Shown: one piece after another, positions 1-11,983 of the stretch
Position numbering within the stretch: the first letter of the stretch is position 1
Layout: the number at the start of each line of letters is the position of its first letter
Assembly: GCA_965644295.1 (NCBI GenBank)
Contig: CBFFRP010000378.1
Span: forward strand, 310,001 to 374,000
Direction: 5' to 3'
From: Paraphysomonas bandaiensis
Taxonomy: Eukaryota; Protista; Chrysophyceae
Length of the DNA: 64,000 nucleotides
The notes under the pieces: model-generated
Databases searched by the model: none
What the model was told of the DNA's origin: nothing
The model's input: the letters and a program-made list of their open reading frames with translations, nothing else
Program-made: the position numbers and the translations under genes

Positions 1-1109
1 TTAGTAGAATGCAAGAGAATGACAAACGTACAATAATTTGACGAATATCATGCTTTATATGCGTGCCTGTACTTTGTGGATTACATCCATTGGTGTTAGG
101 TTCTATGCTTGTGTAGTGTGTGTGTACAGTGTATGTTACTATCTAGTTTAATTGGATATGATACAGGTTGTTTGCATTCTTAGTTGCCCCGTCGCTGTCT
201 ATGAAGCACTGTCTCTGTTTAACGGGCTATAGTATGTTCTCTTGGAACGTTGCACTGTTAGGATCGTATGCATTGGATACACATAGGGCCTATCTAGGAC
301 TTCATCCCAAAATTGCACTGGTTCTTTTCGGCATTCCCGCGGCTATTGCACAGGTATATGTTGCAGATATATCAATATATTTTGTTTTGCCCATCAAACA
401 CTTGCTGACATTGTCTGTGTGTATAGGGTTATGTATTTTGGCAATTCACCCCTTTGTCGATTAATCCGCGTCACCTTCCATCATCGTGGCAGCGACTCGC
501 TGATCAGCACAGTAGAGTAGCAGATAGAGTATTTTGGGCAATTCCAAAGGTATCCGAACTTATACTAGCTATTTCCCCCCTAATATTGTTGTTCTTGCAG
601 TTGGTTGTCCTAATAATAGTGGCAGGTACGTTATATACTGTATGTAAATTATTTTATACGTATTTCGAATGCTGTCTCAGAAGTTTTATGAATATATGTT
701 TGAATTTGATGAATAGTTTGATGCTACTGGTCTGTATTGTTAGGGATTCACATGTCCTTGCTTTATCATTGTCATGTGTTGAAAGTCTAATCTGTGATAT
801 GTAGTTACTCATTATCAATTCCTTTGGTACGTGGCAAGAGTATTCCTACCGGGTAGGAAACATTTCTGTCGCTTATCAGCCCTAATGAATCCAGCCAGCT
901 ATGCTGACATTTTGTCTCAAAAGGTAATTGAACTCTTTGTGATATATATTATATATGTCAGAGCTACATCTGATTTTATCATGCTGATATGAGTATATAT
1001 TGTGAAGCAATAGTCACGAATTATTTGTACGTTTCTGAAGTTGTGCTTTTAGGAATTACGACAATTTACAATGAATGTTCTGAAGAGGGGTGTGGAGAAG
1101 GCGTCATAG
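1..1109 (+). CDS. Multi-exon membrane protein, Yip1/YIPF3-like; 5' end lies outside the window
   Basis: Spliced hydrophobic exons (CLCLTGYSMFSWNVALL; LVVLIIVAG; HYQFLWYVARVFLP). Last exon ELRQFTMNVLKRGVEKAS* ends at TAG 1107-1109. The family call rests on weak motif resemblance. Confidence 0.45.
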
Positions 1110-1730
1110 TTTCGAACATGATCCGACAGTTTGTGAGTAGAATGGAGATAGTGTACAGTATATTTGCGAAATGATCGTAGTACCAAAAGAGCCTCCAGTA
1201 AATTTCGAATAGCAATAATAGATAAACTGGAGGCCGTAGTATGTATGTAACTGCAATATTACTATTGTAAAAAGACGTCATCAAGGACATCAGAGAACTA
1301 GCACTGCTATGGAAGAATTTTCTTGTTCTTGTCTTGACGTTAAACAGAGCAATTCTGCAGTAGTTATGTAGTTATTGACTTCACCGCTATATCTGTAATG
1401 CGTAGCTATATGAGAGCATAATTGATGAGTAGGTATTAATAACTCGTTTGAATAATTTACTGTCTTGGGAGACTAATCCCAATAATTTACTATGACGAGC
1501 CATTTCAACCAAATTGACTTGGTTCAATAATATATCTCAAATTTAACGCGCACCACACGAGCATCTAGAGGAACTACCGGGGACAATACCACAAAGCCAC
1601 AGGAACCACAAGTAGACAGTAATATGGATGATTTAGACCTGCTTTTACAGTCAGAAGTGTACATATATATAAAGGAATCGAGTCCCACTTACGAGTTGAA
1701 CGAAGTATTTTAGTTTCCACGACGCATACA

Positions 1731-3381
1731 TTAATAATTTTTCTTTCTGCTTACACCATAGTACCTGGCAGAAACAAAAATAGTTTAACACCAAATATAT
1801 TCATCTTAAACAGCACACGAAGTATATAGCAAAACTATAATGATAAGTGAAAAATATATCAAGAGCACGTGAATTCACCTACCACTGTGCAAGAGTATCG
1901 TGCGGCACACCAATGGATCTCCCGAATATTACTATCTATTAAAGTGTGCATAAATAAAGAGGAAGTACATCGTAAAACGTAATATAGAATACAGCGAGAT
2001 AAAGAAATGTACATATATCGGTACTGTGTGACCAGTAGGATGACAATGATATTGAATCCAGTACCCACTCAAAATAAAGAGCAAATGTCACGTTAATATA
2101 TATTTACAAGAATATATAATGATAGAAGTAGAGGCATACCTGATTAACGATTGTATTCCACCAAACGCCATTGTGTAACCATCTTCGATGAGATGTCAAC
2201 ACCTTACCAGTCACGACACAAACTCCCATCTTGCTGACCCACACACACCCATTAGGATTCACCGAGCCACTGCCTTCAGCCCCAAGAACACCAGTTCCAT
2301 CTGGAGATTGTAGCCTCGTGGGCGCGACCGAATGCACCAGTCGAACTAGATCGTAGTCTTCCATGAGAGGAACTGATGGAAAACCTCCGAGAGCTCCAAA
2401 AATTTCACGACGCATAAATAAGGCCTGGTCGCCGTACCTGTGAGTCATATACAGCGAATAAGTCATTGATATACACTCCGCCTGCACTAATATTTATTCC
2501 TATACTTACGGCGTAGCAAAGTAGCGACACCTCAGAGCGACCCATTGAGTGATGAACCCCATACCGGGAAGAGACTTGTCATCCACATCAAACGTAAAAC
2601 TTCCAACCAAATGCATCGGGTCTATCACAACGAAAGTTAAATCTCCTTTGTGTAAATGATCATACAATACAATGAACATAAAGTATACAATATAACTGTG
2701 TAAATATATATCTATAAGCATACAAACATAAGCTTCTTACTTGTGATTGCTTCGCGTACTTGAGCCCCGTATCCACAAGGAAGAATTGTATCTGCATGAA
2801 GGAAAAGCACCACATCTCCTGTCGCACGCTTTGCACCTGTGACCAAATTACATATATATATATTTTAGTATCTGACTATTAAACAGTGTTTACTCGAAAA
2901 TAATTGAAATTACAACACATTGCGTATATATATACCTAAATTTTGACAGGTAGCCCGATTGGTCCCACCTTAAAATATAATTACATGTTAGCAACATAGC
3001 AACACAGTTATCAATACTAATCCTCTTACCAGTAATAAATATTAAATCCTTCTTAAATTCTTTACATATTTCTTCAGTTTTATCATTACTGCCACCATCA
3101 GATATAATGATTTCAATATTTGGTTCTGTATTGACTGCATGTAAAGTTCTGAGAATATTCTTCTCTTCATTATATGTAGGAATTATAATAGAAATTTTTG
3201 ATACACCACGATTTTCTATTAAATAATAATACATAACATTTTGTATCTTTGATTGTATAGTTTGAATAGTTTTCTTATGAGTTGATTGTTTTGAGTTATA
3301 TATATGTATGAGATATGATGCAATGAATACTGGAAGATAGTATCCTATGTCTAGAATAATGCGATATAGTGGATATGACAT
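1731..3381 (-). CDS. GT2 glycosyltransferase, TIGR04283 (arsenosugar-biosynthesis-associated) family-like; multi-exon
   Basis: ISIIIPTYNEE...DGGSND, LFLHADT, YGDQALFMRREIF.ALGGFP.VPLMEDYDLV, VLTSHRRW and C-terminal GVPHDTLAQWYYG, assembled across GT-AG introns. Confidence 0.85.
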
Positions 3382-4004
3382 GGAGATTGATTGTGGTATA
3401 TGAGAGTATGTATATATGCATATATGGTTTAATCATTCCTGGAATAGTCTGCATGTTGGCTTATATACTTATATATGTATAGTAGTGTACAGCAGTGAAC
3501 ATGATCGTGGTATATGTATGTATATATATGGGTAGATACACCTTAGCTGGAAGTAACCAATCATATTAATGGAAAATTATATGATTTGTTAGATTGATTT
3601 CTTTAAGTGGAATGTATACAATCCAGTGTACAAGTAGGAGTTTTAGAATACCGATTTTCTTAAAACTCCGTTTTTTATCTCACCATCATTGAAATTCAGT
3701 ATTTTCCAAAGTCATCTTCTTATGAAAGTCGAGTTTTTCCTTCCATCATATAAATACGAGTAGTATATATTCTGTATGTACATATGTACTCAACTATAAC
3801 GTACTGTTGTACTCCTCTATGAGAGGCTGTAGTACTGTCCATTGCATGTTACTGGCATGTTCTGTACATACATGATCCATGCATACATAGACCACATATT
3901 GCAAATATTTCTGAGATTATTGCATATAATACATTCCAAATTCTTTATTATCATTATTCTAGTGTATATTCATTGCATTGAATTCAATTGAACAATAGAA
4001 ATCA

Positions 4005-4936
4005 ATGCATCAAAGTGATATTCGTTCTATTATTATACAGGTTGAATAGATACACTTGGATAGAGTTATATCATAACATATTTATATCTATAGGAGTTTA
4101 CTGGAGCCTTATTATTATTTATTATATCTTTTCCAGTATGCTTTGTATTAGGAGATACGTATTTTGGATGGGCATATCACTTTATAAGTATGGTTCTGGT
4201 GCGTATATACTGTGTGCTTATTTTAATAACAATTAATACTAAATTTATGTTTTATAGCATGAATTTATTGCTGGTGATGTCTGTGTTAATCCCAGTGTTG
4301 CTGTTGCATTATATGCTGGAGGATTAATGAAAGCTAAAGAAGCCTACGTCCGTGCGCTTTGTGACATGGCTGCTGGCAGCGTTGCGTATTTCATAATCGC
4401 CGCTGTAACTCCTTCTTATGCACCTATCGAAGGTCCTCACATGTCTACTGATGTTGTGTCAGCTTCTTTCATAGAAATTATTTTGACTTTCATTTTGATG
4501 TTTTTCATTCTGATATCATCTACTAAACCCGTTGTTGCTGTTTTCGGACGACCAATTGTGTTCATTGCTTGTGGTGTGAGACTGCTGATGTTCCTGGAAG
4601 GGGGGAAATATACGGGACCATCTATGAACCCAATGATTGCTTTTTCATACGCAGTTTATAAATGCCCCGGAAGTGATCTTGAATTGACACAGATGGAAGT
4701 ATTACGCATGAGTTTAGATTGGTTGGCAGTATATATAGTTGCCCCAACTGTAGGTGCTGTGTGGGCAGTAAAGCTGTATCAGGCTGTTAGAACGGAGAAT
4801 TCTACAGAAAGTTGTACGGCAAATGTGAAAGACGACACCAAACGTAGCAAGGTATGTAGTCCTATACTCGTTGATGTTACCGTACAGTACTACTTTTCTC
4901 ACATCTATGCAGGATCATAAAAAAAAAGTAGAATGA
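4005..4936 (+). CDS. Aquaporin/MIP with non-canonical NPS and NPM boxes (LIP/SIP-like); C-terminal KKxx ER-retrieval signal
   Basis: Spliced product MHQSDIRSIIIQ|EFTGALL...|HEFIAGDVCVNPSV...IEIILTF...GKYTGPSMNPMIAF...YIVAPTVGA...|DHKKKVE*. Confidence 0.85.
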
Positions 4937-5218
4937 GTGTGCATCACTATGGAGTTGAAAGATGTAGTGTATGCTGTGAGTTCTTTTTTTATGCACATGG
5001 AGTTGCAAATGCAACTACAGAATTATCTTTATACGTGGCATTCAGTATTGTAGGATTGTGTTTTATAATATGTATTTATAATATGGTATCCAACGACTTT
5101 GTGTTACTTGCAGAATGCGCGTATTGCCCATTCTGGTTTTGTTTTGGTTCATCCACTAAAATGCAGTATACTGTTATTATCACTTCTTCTACCCGATATG
5201 TATAAGTGTAGTAGATAA

Positions 5219-5538
5219 TGTTGGAATACGTATGGTTCTCTAAGATAGTACTGTAGAATACGTTAAATACAATGTGAAAAACAGTAATACGTAGTCAATA
5301 GTCAAAGGTGCTATATAGCTATAACTGTGAAACTGAAGTATTATATCATGACGATTCAAGATACGGAAGTTGAGCAGTGGTTGACATGAACGAAATAATT
5401 TATCATGTTGTTGACATGTGTTACATGACAACACACACAATTGTGTATACAATCATAATAAAGTAATCTATCTAGTTTGACTAACTTAAACTTCTCTTAC
5501 AACGATCTTAATCATCTGAAAATGGTCTTTAGTCAATA
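5219..5538 (+). repeat. 5' LTR (TGTTG...CAATA)
   Basis: Direct repeat of 10380-10699. Confidence 0.97.
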
Positions 5539-8500
5539 TGGTAGCGAATGCGGAGGAGAGAAGGAGGATAGAGCTGATGTTCCATGGTTCGACGAGAGCA
5601 ACGTTGAACAATGGATCGAAGACTTTGAGACGTTCCTTATGAGAAAGGAGCAGAGTGAGGTGGCTCTAGAAAGGCCACCAGAGGAAGAGGATTTCGGAAT
5701 TCAACCCCTGAATAGTCTTGAGACCAAGTCCTACAAAGAAGCGGTGGACAAGTATTGGAAGGCGAATGCAATTGCCTACTCATACTGCAGAGAGGCGGTG
5801 AAGCGATCTCCGAAGGCGCTGCAGAAGTTTCATCTGAAGCACAAGGTGTTCAAGGCAGCTGAAGGAAGAGTTAATAAGTTCAGCGCCAGAGAGATGGTTA
5901 GCACTCTTAAATCGTGTTTTGAAGGGGGAACACAAAACAAGATTAGTGCTCTGCTTGCTCAGTTTGGATCCTTCGAGATGAAGCCAGGGGAGACCGCGAA
6001 AGAGTATGTACTGCGTTTTGAGCTGCTTCTTCGTGAACTTCAGGCGCATAACCAAACGGTAACGGAAGAATCAAAAATTAGTAGGCTGAAGGAGGGAATT
6101 ATCAGTGATGAATATGACGGTTTGAATTATGCCCTGTATTTAATGCCCGATGATGTACCATATGAATTGCTATCCAAACGTATCGAACAGTTCGACGACA
6201 CCAAGTATGGGAGGAAAATCATAGAGAAGAAGCGCAAGAGCACGGAGGAGCTAAATCATATTGAAAAGCCTCGAAAGAAAGAGAGAGTATCTACAAAGAG
6301 GAAGTGCACTTATTGCTCGAAGAAAGGTATAATACACAATCATAATACAGAACAATGTAGGAAGAAAAAGGGGGAAACGAAGGGACAAAGACCGGGCAGT
6401 AAGGAATATACAGGATGCAGAGTATGCAAATCCAAAAACCATCGCGCGAACGAATGTCCCCGAAATTCGACTGGAAAGACCAAGAAACCCCAGAAATCTG
6501 GGAAGGTTTTCACATTCGAGAATATCCGCAGAGGAGGAACCGAGTCTGACTCGGAGTCCGAAGCGAATATGCTTTATGACTGCGCTGTTGATATATATGA
6601 TAAAAGTGACACATGTTGTATGATTGGTACTGCTGAACACTATACATACATAGATACATGCTGTTCATCATCAATGTTCTTGATGAATGATGTGACCATG
6701 CTTGACACTCATATGAATACATCAAAGGTGATAAACGGATCTAAGAAGGGATCAGAGATTCATATCACAAGGGTGGGTTCCCGTGGAGCATGGAGAGACA
6801 TAGAAATTTCAGATCAGATCAATCGATGCCTGTGCTCCGGACGTAAGCTGAACGAAATGGGCTATCGATTCACGGTGTGGTATGGGATCCAAATTTATGA
6901 CTGTAATACCGGTGAGCTGGTACTGGAGGGACCCATGAAGAATGGAATGACTGCAGTTCCAACTCAGCAGCTGTTGGAGCTTCCAGATGTGTCTACACCG
7001 AGTAATTGTGAAGTAAATCTTAGCGATAGGACTGGTGAGGACGAGCTGGAACTGCTGCATAGGAGAATGGGCCATTTCAACAAAGGGGCTCTAACGGAGG
7101 CACATAGAAGGATGTTGTTCACTGGCTCAAATCTGCAGAGGAAGCACCTATCGAAGACTGCATTAAAAAAATCTTGTCTCTGTAGCATATGTGCCAGATC
7201 AAAGATTACGAGAGTTTCGTTTCACACAAAGGAGGATACGGATGTCAAGCCGGACATATCGGCTGATGTGCAAGTATTTCTGAATACTCCCGCTCGAGGT
7301 GATGAGCGCTACGTGATCAAACTAACTCATCACCCGAGTAGGATGTTCTGGGTAAAAGGCGTAAACCAGCGTACTAAAGAAGAAGTGATTCAGTTTTTTA
7401 GAGAGGTGTTCGAAGGAGAGATTAGGCAATATAAGCTGAGAGTGGACCACTACCACGCTGATGGAGCTGGAGAACTCATAAATCAAGAACTTAGGAGCTA
7501 TTTGAGATCACAAGGCTGCTACAAACATACTTGGTCTTCAACAGATAGTCCGGAAATGAATGCAGTAGAGGAGCAAAAATTCAGGACTGCATCAGAGATG
7601 GCGTTGGCGATGTTGTTGCAGTCAGGCCTACCGGTTCCATTCTGGTTAGACGCGTATCATGCTGCTCGCTATACACTGATCAGACTCCCTACAAGGACGG
7701 ACAGAGGATACATGTCCCCATATGAGTATGTCACGGGTCAGCCACCCAGTTTGAAATATTTTAGAGTATGGGGGTGCAAAACTTATATATTGACACCTAA
7801 GGCGGACAGGCGAAAGGACTGGGACGATAAATCAAAGATTGGATACCTAGTGGGATATTCGGAAGATAAAGTTGGATACCAGGTGTATCTCCCAGCAACC
7901 GATAAGGTAATTACGTGTGTACACATACTCACAGATGAGAGTATACCTTCCCGCACCGAAGAATATTACGCAGAAATCGACGCTCTCCGAGTACGAACAG
8001 CACCTAGACCAAAGACGGTGAATGATTATCAGCATCTCGTGAAGACTTTTCACATAGACGATGAAGACGGGCTGTTGTACAAGACCACCAGAGTGGTAGA
8101 AAGAAAGGGTGTCATTGTTGGTTATCGGTCACTTGTAACTGCGGGGAGAACCCACATTGAGCAGAAGGTACCCATACATATAGAAGATGTTCAGGTAATG
8201 ACAAGGAATACGCCTGGATACACGGGATATACGGGAACGAGGGACGCCTCTAGTACCACTGATGGACGGAGTACGTCCACTATCCCAGCGCCTGAGAGCC
8301 ATCAGGAGCAGCTAGTTAACCATGGTATTATTCAGGGAGCACCTGATGAAGATATGACTCAAGGAGTACTTGATGAAGATGCAGCTCAGGGAGTACCTGA
8401 ATATACTGATACTATAAATTCTAACAGTACTAATACCCTACAGAGAGTATCTAAAAGGGATGCAGAGAAACGTAAGCGTTTACGGAGGAGGCTAGCTAAT

Positions 8501-10213
8501 GCTTCAGTGTTAGGAGAAATTAACATGATAGAGGTAATGGATGCCGATGTAAATGTCATGGATTCAGAGGAGAGTACTGAGAATAAACACGTCCATGAAC
8601 CGAACAGTTTTCTAGAGGCGGAGAGGTCCCCTCAAGCAGACGAATGGAGAACAGCCAGACGAATAGAGAAGAAAGCTCTTTTACGAAGAGGCGTTTTGAA
8701 GATAGTACGTCGACCATCTGGGGTCAAATTAATCAGATGTAAGTATGTTCACAAACTCAAGCGTGACATGCTAGGCAACATACAGAAGTATAAAGCTCGA
8801 CTAGTCGCACTAGGAAATCTTCAGGAGAAAACTGAGGAGGAGCCATCTACATTTGCACCGGTCGTAAAAGGGATAACTATCAGGCTCGTGATTGCAATTG
8901 CTTTTATGTTCCATATGCATGTACACCAGCTTGATGTCAGTTCTGCATTTTGTTATGCAAATTTAGATGAAGATGTCTACATGTACCCACCTCCAGATGA
9001 GGAGCTCAGCAATGGATGGTGCTTTAAACTCATCAAAGCACTATATGGTTTACGAGCCTCACCGCGTCAGTGGAATCGCCACATCGATAAATTCATAAAG
9101 TCAATGCAGTTTAGATCATGCGTGTTAGATACCTGCTTATATTATCGTTGGCACCAAGGAAAACTTACGTTATTACTCCTGTATGTAGATGACATCATTA
9201 TCGCATCTGTGGATTTTGAATTCCTTGTTTTTGTCAAGAACAAGTTCTGCCAAACGTTTGAAATGAGGGACATGGGAGAGTGCCAAAGTTTCCTAAATAT
9301 TCGAATCACGAGAGGCGAAGACTGGTTCAAACTAGATCAATCGAAGTATGCGGAGAAAGTGATTCAGAAATTCAACCATGTCATGGGAAACAGTAGAAAG
9401 AATAAGGAAGCTCCGTTGCCATCAAATGCACAAGAACTACTAGCTGCAGAACGGGAACTTACATCAGAACAGGAGGAATGGGTCTCAAAATTTCCGTATC
9501 GTAGTATTATTGGAGCAATCCTGTATCTCGCACTCCACACAAGACCAGATCTCGCCTATGCAATCGGACTACTATCGAGATACAGCAGTAATCCTACATA
9601 CGCATCGTGTCGTTTAGCTATTCATTTATTGAAATATTTGAGAGGCACCACCAGCAAAGGAATCAAATTCAGTGGGAGTAAGTTTGATTTACATGTATTT
9701 AGTGATGCGGACTGGGCAGGTGATATACTAACGAGACGTTCAACTACCGGTTATATTGTATTCTTATGTGCTGGAGCAATCGCATGGCAGTCCAAACTGC
9801 AGACTACAGTTGCAACTTCCAGTATGGAGTCCGAGTATATGGCAGAATATGCGGCCATGCAAGAACTGGTGTGGCTACGGGGGGTGTTACGAGAGCTAGG
9901 ACTCGCATTGACGAAGCCAACCCCATTCTTCATGGACAGCAAGAGTGCAAAAGATCTGTCAGAAAATCCAGTTTACCACAAAAGATCAAAACATATTCAG
10001 ATAAAGTACCACTGGGTTCGGGAACACGTAAATGGAAGGTTTCCTACAGCCAGATTGATTCATGTATCGACTAAGGATATGGCGGCCGACATATTTACAA
10101 AAGCGTTATCTACAAAGCTCTTTAAACTCCATGAAGAAACTATCACAGGGGAAAAGAGGAGCATTTCAAATGAAGTTGAGAAGAATCAGAAGAAGCGGTT
10201 CAAGAAAGGTTAA
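5522..10213 (+). CDS. Copia Gag-Pol polyprotein (Gag, zinc knuckles, protease, integrase, RT, RNase H)
   Basis: CRVCKSKNHRANEC knuckle, YIDTCCS protease, HRRMGH..CSIC, integrase ADV..HADGAGE..MNAVEE, RT LLYVDDII, RNase H FSDADWAGD. Integrase precedes RT (copia order). First in-frame ATG is at 5522. Confidence 0.97.
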   Translation: MVFSQYGSECGGEKEDRADVPWFDESNVEQWIEDFETFLMRKEQSEVALERPPEEEDFGIQPLNSLETKSYKEAVDKYWKANAIAYSYCREAVKRSPKALQKFHLKHKVFKAAEGRVNKFSAREMVSTLKSCFEGGTQNKISALLAQFGSFEMKPGETAKEYVLRFELLLRELQAHNQTVTEESKISRLKEGIISDEYDGLNYALYLMPDDVPYELLSKRIEQFDDTKYGRKIIEKKRKSTEELNHIEKPRKKERVSTKRKCTYCSKKGIIHNHNTEQCRKKKGETKGQRPGSKEYTGCRVCKSKNHRANECPRNSTGKTKKPQKSGKVFTFENIRRGGTESDSESEANMLYDCAVDIYDKSDTCCMIGTAEHYTYIDTCCSSSMFLMNDVTMLDTHMNTSKVINGSKKGSEIHITRVGSRGAWRDIEISDQINRCLCSGRKLNEMGYRFTVWYGIQIYDCNTGELVLEGPMKNGMTAVPTQQLLELPDVSTPSNCEVNLSDRTGEDELELLHRRMGHFNKGALTEAHRRMLFTGSNLQRKHLSKTALKKSCLCSICARSKITRVSFHTKEDTDVKPDISADVQVFLNTPARGDERYVIKLTHHPSRMFWVKGVNQRTKEEVIQFFREVFEGEIRQYKLRVDHYHADGAGELINQELRSYLRSQGCYKHTWSSTDSPEMNAVEEQKFRTASEMALAMLLQSGLPVPFWLDAYHAARYTLIRLPTRTDRGYMSPYEYVTGQPPSLKYFRVWGCKTYILTPKADRRKDWDDKSKIGYLVGYSEDKVGYQVYLPATDKVITCVHILTDESIPSRTEEYYAEIDALRVRTAPRPKTVNDYQHLVKTFHIDDEDGLLYKTTRVVERKGVIVGYRSLVTAGRTHIEQKVPIHIEDVQVMTRNTPGYTGYTGTRDASSTTDGRSTSTIPAPESHQEQLVNHGIIQGAPDEDMTQGVLDEDAAQGVPEYTDTINSNSTNTLQRVSKRDAEKRKRLRRRLANASVLGEINMIEVMDADVNVMDSEESTENKHVHEPNSFLEAERSPQADEWRTARRIEKKALLRRGVLKIVRRPSGVKLIRCKYVHKLKRDMLGNIQKYKARLVALGNLQEKTEEEPSTFAPVVKGITIRLVIAIAFMFHMHVHQLDVSSAFCYANLDEDVYMYPPPDEELSNGWCFKLIKALYGLRASPRQWNRHIDKFIKSMQFRSCVLDTCLYYRWHQGKLTLLLLYVDDIIIASVDFEFLVFVKNKFCQTFEMRDMGECQSFLNIRITRGEDWFKLDQSKYAEKVIQKFNHVMGNSRKNKEAPLPSNAQELLAAERELTSEQEEWVSKFPYRSIIGAILYLALHTRPDLAYAIGLLSRYSSNPTYASCRLAIHLLKYLRGTTSKGIKFSGSKFDLHVFSDADWAGDILTRRSTTGYIVFLCAGAIAWQSKLQTTVATSSMESEYMAEYAAMQELVWLRGVLRELGLALTKPTPFFMDSKSAKDLSENPVYHKRSKHIQIKYHWVREHVNGRFPTARLIHVSTKDMAADIFTKALSTKLFKLHEETITGEKRSISNEVEKNQKKRFKKG
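5539..5553 (+). promoter_or_regulatory. Primer-binding site, probably for initiator tRNA-Met
   Basis: TGGTAGCGAATGCGG lies immediately after the 5' LTR. TGGTA fits a tRNA 3' end U72-A73-CCA, typical of eukaryotic initiator tRNA. Confidence 0.7.
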
Positions 10214-10379
10214 GGGTGTGTTTTTAGTGGGTAAGAATCCCACATAACTGTGTTACAGCGAAGTGTGATGTTCACAGTATCTTTATGAAGATTTTCACAT
10301 CCGTTTTATCCAAAGATGACTAGATGATATATATAGCTGCAGTATAATGACGATTACTCGTTTCTACATTGAGGAGGAG

Positions 10380-10699
10380 TGTTGGAATACGTATGGTTCT
10401 CTAAGATAGTACTGTAGAATACGTTAAATACAATGTGAAAAACAGTAATACGTAGTCAATAGTCAAAGGTGCTATATAGCTATAACTGTGAAACTGAAGT
10501 ATTATATCATGACGATTCAAGATACGGAAGTTGAGCAGTGGTTGACATGAACGAAATAATTTATCATGTTGTTGACATGTGTTACATGACAACACACACA
10601 ATTGTGTATACAATCATAATAAAGTAATCTATCTAGTTTGACTAACTTAAACTTCTCTTACAACGATCTTAATCATCTGAAAATGGTCTTTAGTCAATA
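10380..10699 (+). repeat. 3' LTR
   Basis: Direct repeat of 5219-5538, preceded by a polypurine tract. Confidence 0.97.
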
Positions 10700-10745
10700 G
10701 ATAAAGCACAAAATTATTAATGCGAATAGCTTCTCTTAATAAATA

Positions 10746-11021
10746 TATTGAAGGAGAATCGTATGATGGAAACATGGAAACTATGCTATCCTTTCTTATG
10801 AATACGTATGTAGCAGAAAATTCTAATTTAATAATCATCATTCGTTCTTGAAGAACGTTGTGCAACAAGGCATGTTTATGGACATGTAATGCCCAATTCT
10901 GTAGACATGTATTACATGACAACACACAATTGTGTATGCAATATAATAAAAGAGTCTATATAGTTTGTTACTATAAGCTTTTCTCAACAATCTTAATTGT
11001 TAAAATGACCATTAGTCAATA
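10746..11021 (+). mobile_element. Diverged solo LTR/relic of a related copia family
   Basis: ~10904-11021 aligns with the 3' half of the neighbouring LTR (gacatg..ttacatgacaacacacaattgtgtat...aaaatg...ttagtcaata). Putative TATTGA...TCAATA termini. Left boundary uncertain and no TSD seen. Confidence 0.65.
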
Positions 11022-11983
11022 AATTCTAACGTTGTAAATGATTTAGTGAATTGTATCTCGTTTATACACGTGTATAATATAGAGTATATATACGCAAAGA
11101 GTTATACGTAAATTAGCGAATCTTAATGTGCAACATCACGACATCAGTGGGAGATATGCAGCTGAGGCGGTCGTAATAGCTACAGTACGCATAACAACAT
11201 AGCAATTCTTTTTGTAATGTATATTTACACACTACGAGTTAAAATTCATATTAGAGGTTGTTGGAATTGCTCAGTATTCACTAGATCACAGAGAGAATTT
11301 GTCGTAAGACTAGATAGATATTAATATCGTTTACACGAAGTTGTGATAAACAACACAAAGTCATTTTGTTCCACGCATAGTATCCTACATATGCGAACCT
11401 CTCGTTACTAAACATATCTTGAAAGATCAAACTATTTCAGTTTCTCAATATCATCATAGCATTTGTACATCACTATATTTCACTGTATTCTCGTACATTG
11501 TCTTCAAGTGACGTACTGAATATTGAATATACTAGAATAAGATCCATATTCTAATAGAGGTAAAATGTACTCCAAGAGCTTAATCTTGGAAGGTGTGACC
11601 TGTGTAGCGGTAATCACAATAATTCCATAAAGGAAACTAAGACAAGTACATTCATATGTAATTCAACTTTGTCGACACTTGTAGATTGTAGACGGAAACG
11701 TCTTTCTTGACGGTGGTATAGAGCTCCCCTCGCTTTTCTATCTACATGTTCCGCATATTTAATCTAATTTACCTAACTACAGCTCTTCGTAGCTTGCTTG
11801 CTTTACTTATACTTCATACATACATTCCATGGTGTAGCGATAGAACAGAAACAGTTAGTGGTACGAAATTAAATAAATACATCCTTATGTATCATTCTCT
11901 GTTCAAAACCCAATTGATAACCAGTAACAGAATCATCATGGTGAATCATACTTCTTCCCAAACGGATTGTAAATCTTGGTAGT

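Larger units (their letters stand above)
5219..10699 (+). mobile_element. Full-length Ty1/copia LTR retrotransposon, apparently intact and very recent
   Basis: 320-bp LTRs at 5219-5538 and 10380-10699 appear identical. 5-bp TSD GATAA at 5214-5218 and 10700-10704. PBS TGGTAGCGAA at 5539. PPT GAGGAGGAG before 10380. Single uninterrupted gag-pol ORF. Confidence 0.98.

Noticed and set aside
1500-1700. Possible Merlin/ISXO2 transposase relic
   Set aside because: Only faint peptide resemblance across stops; no TIR or TSD found.
5240-10925. Short ORF-track entries antisense to the copia element and in its LTRs (and similar short ORFs elsewhere)
   Set aside because: Shadow ORFs of real genes or of AT-rich/microsatellite DNA; no independent coding signal.
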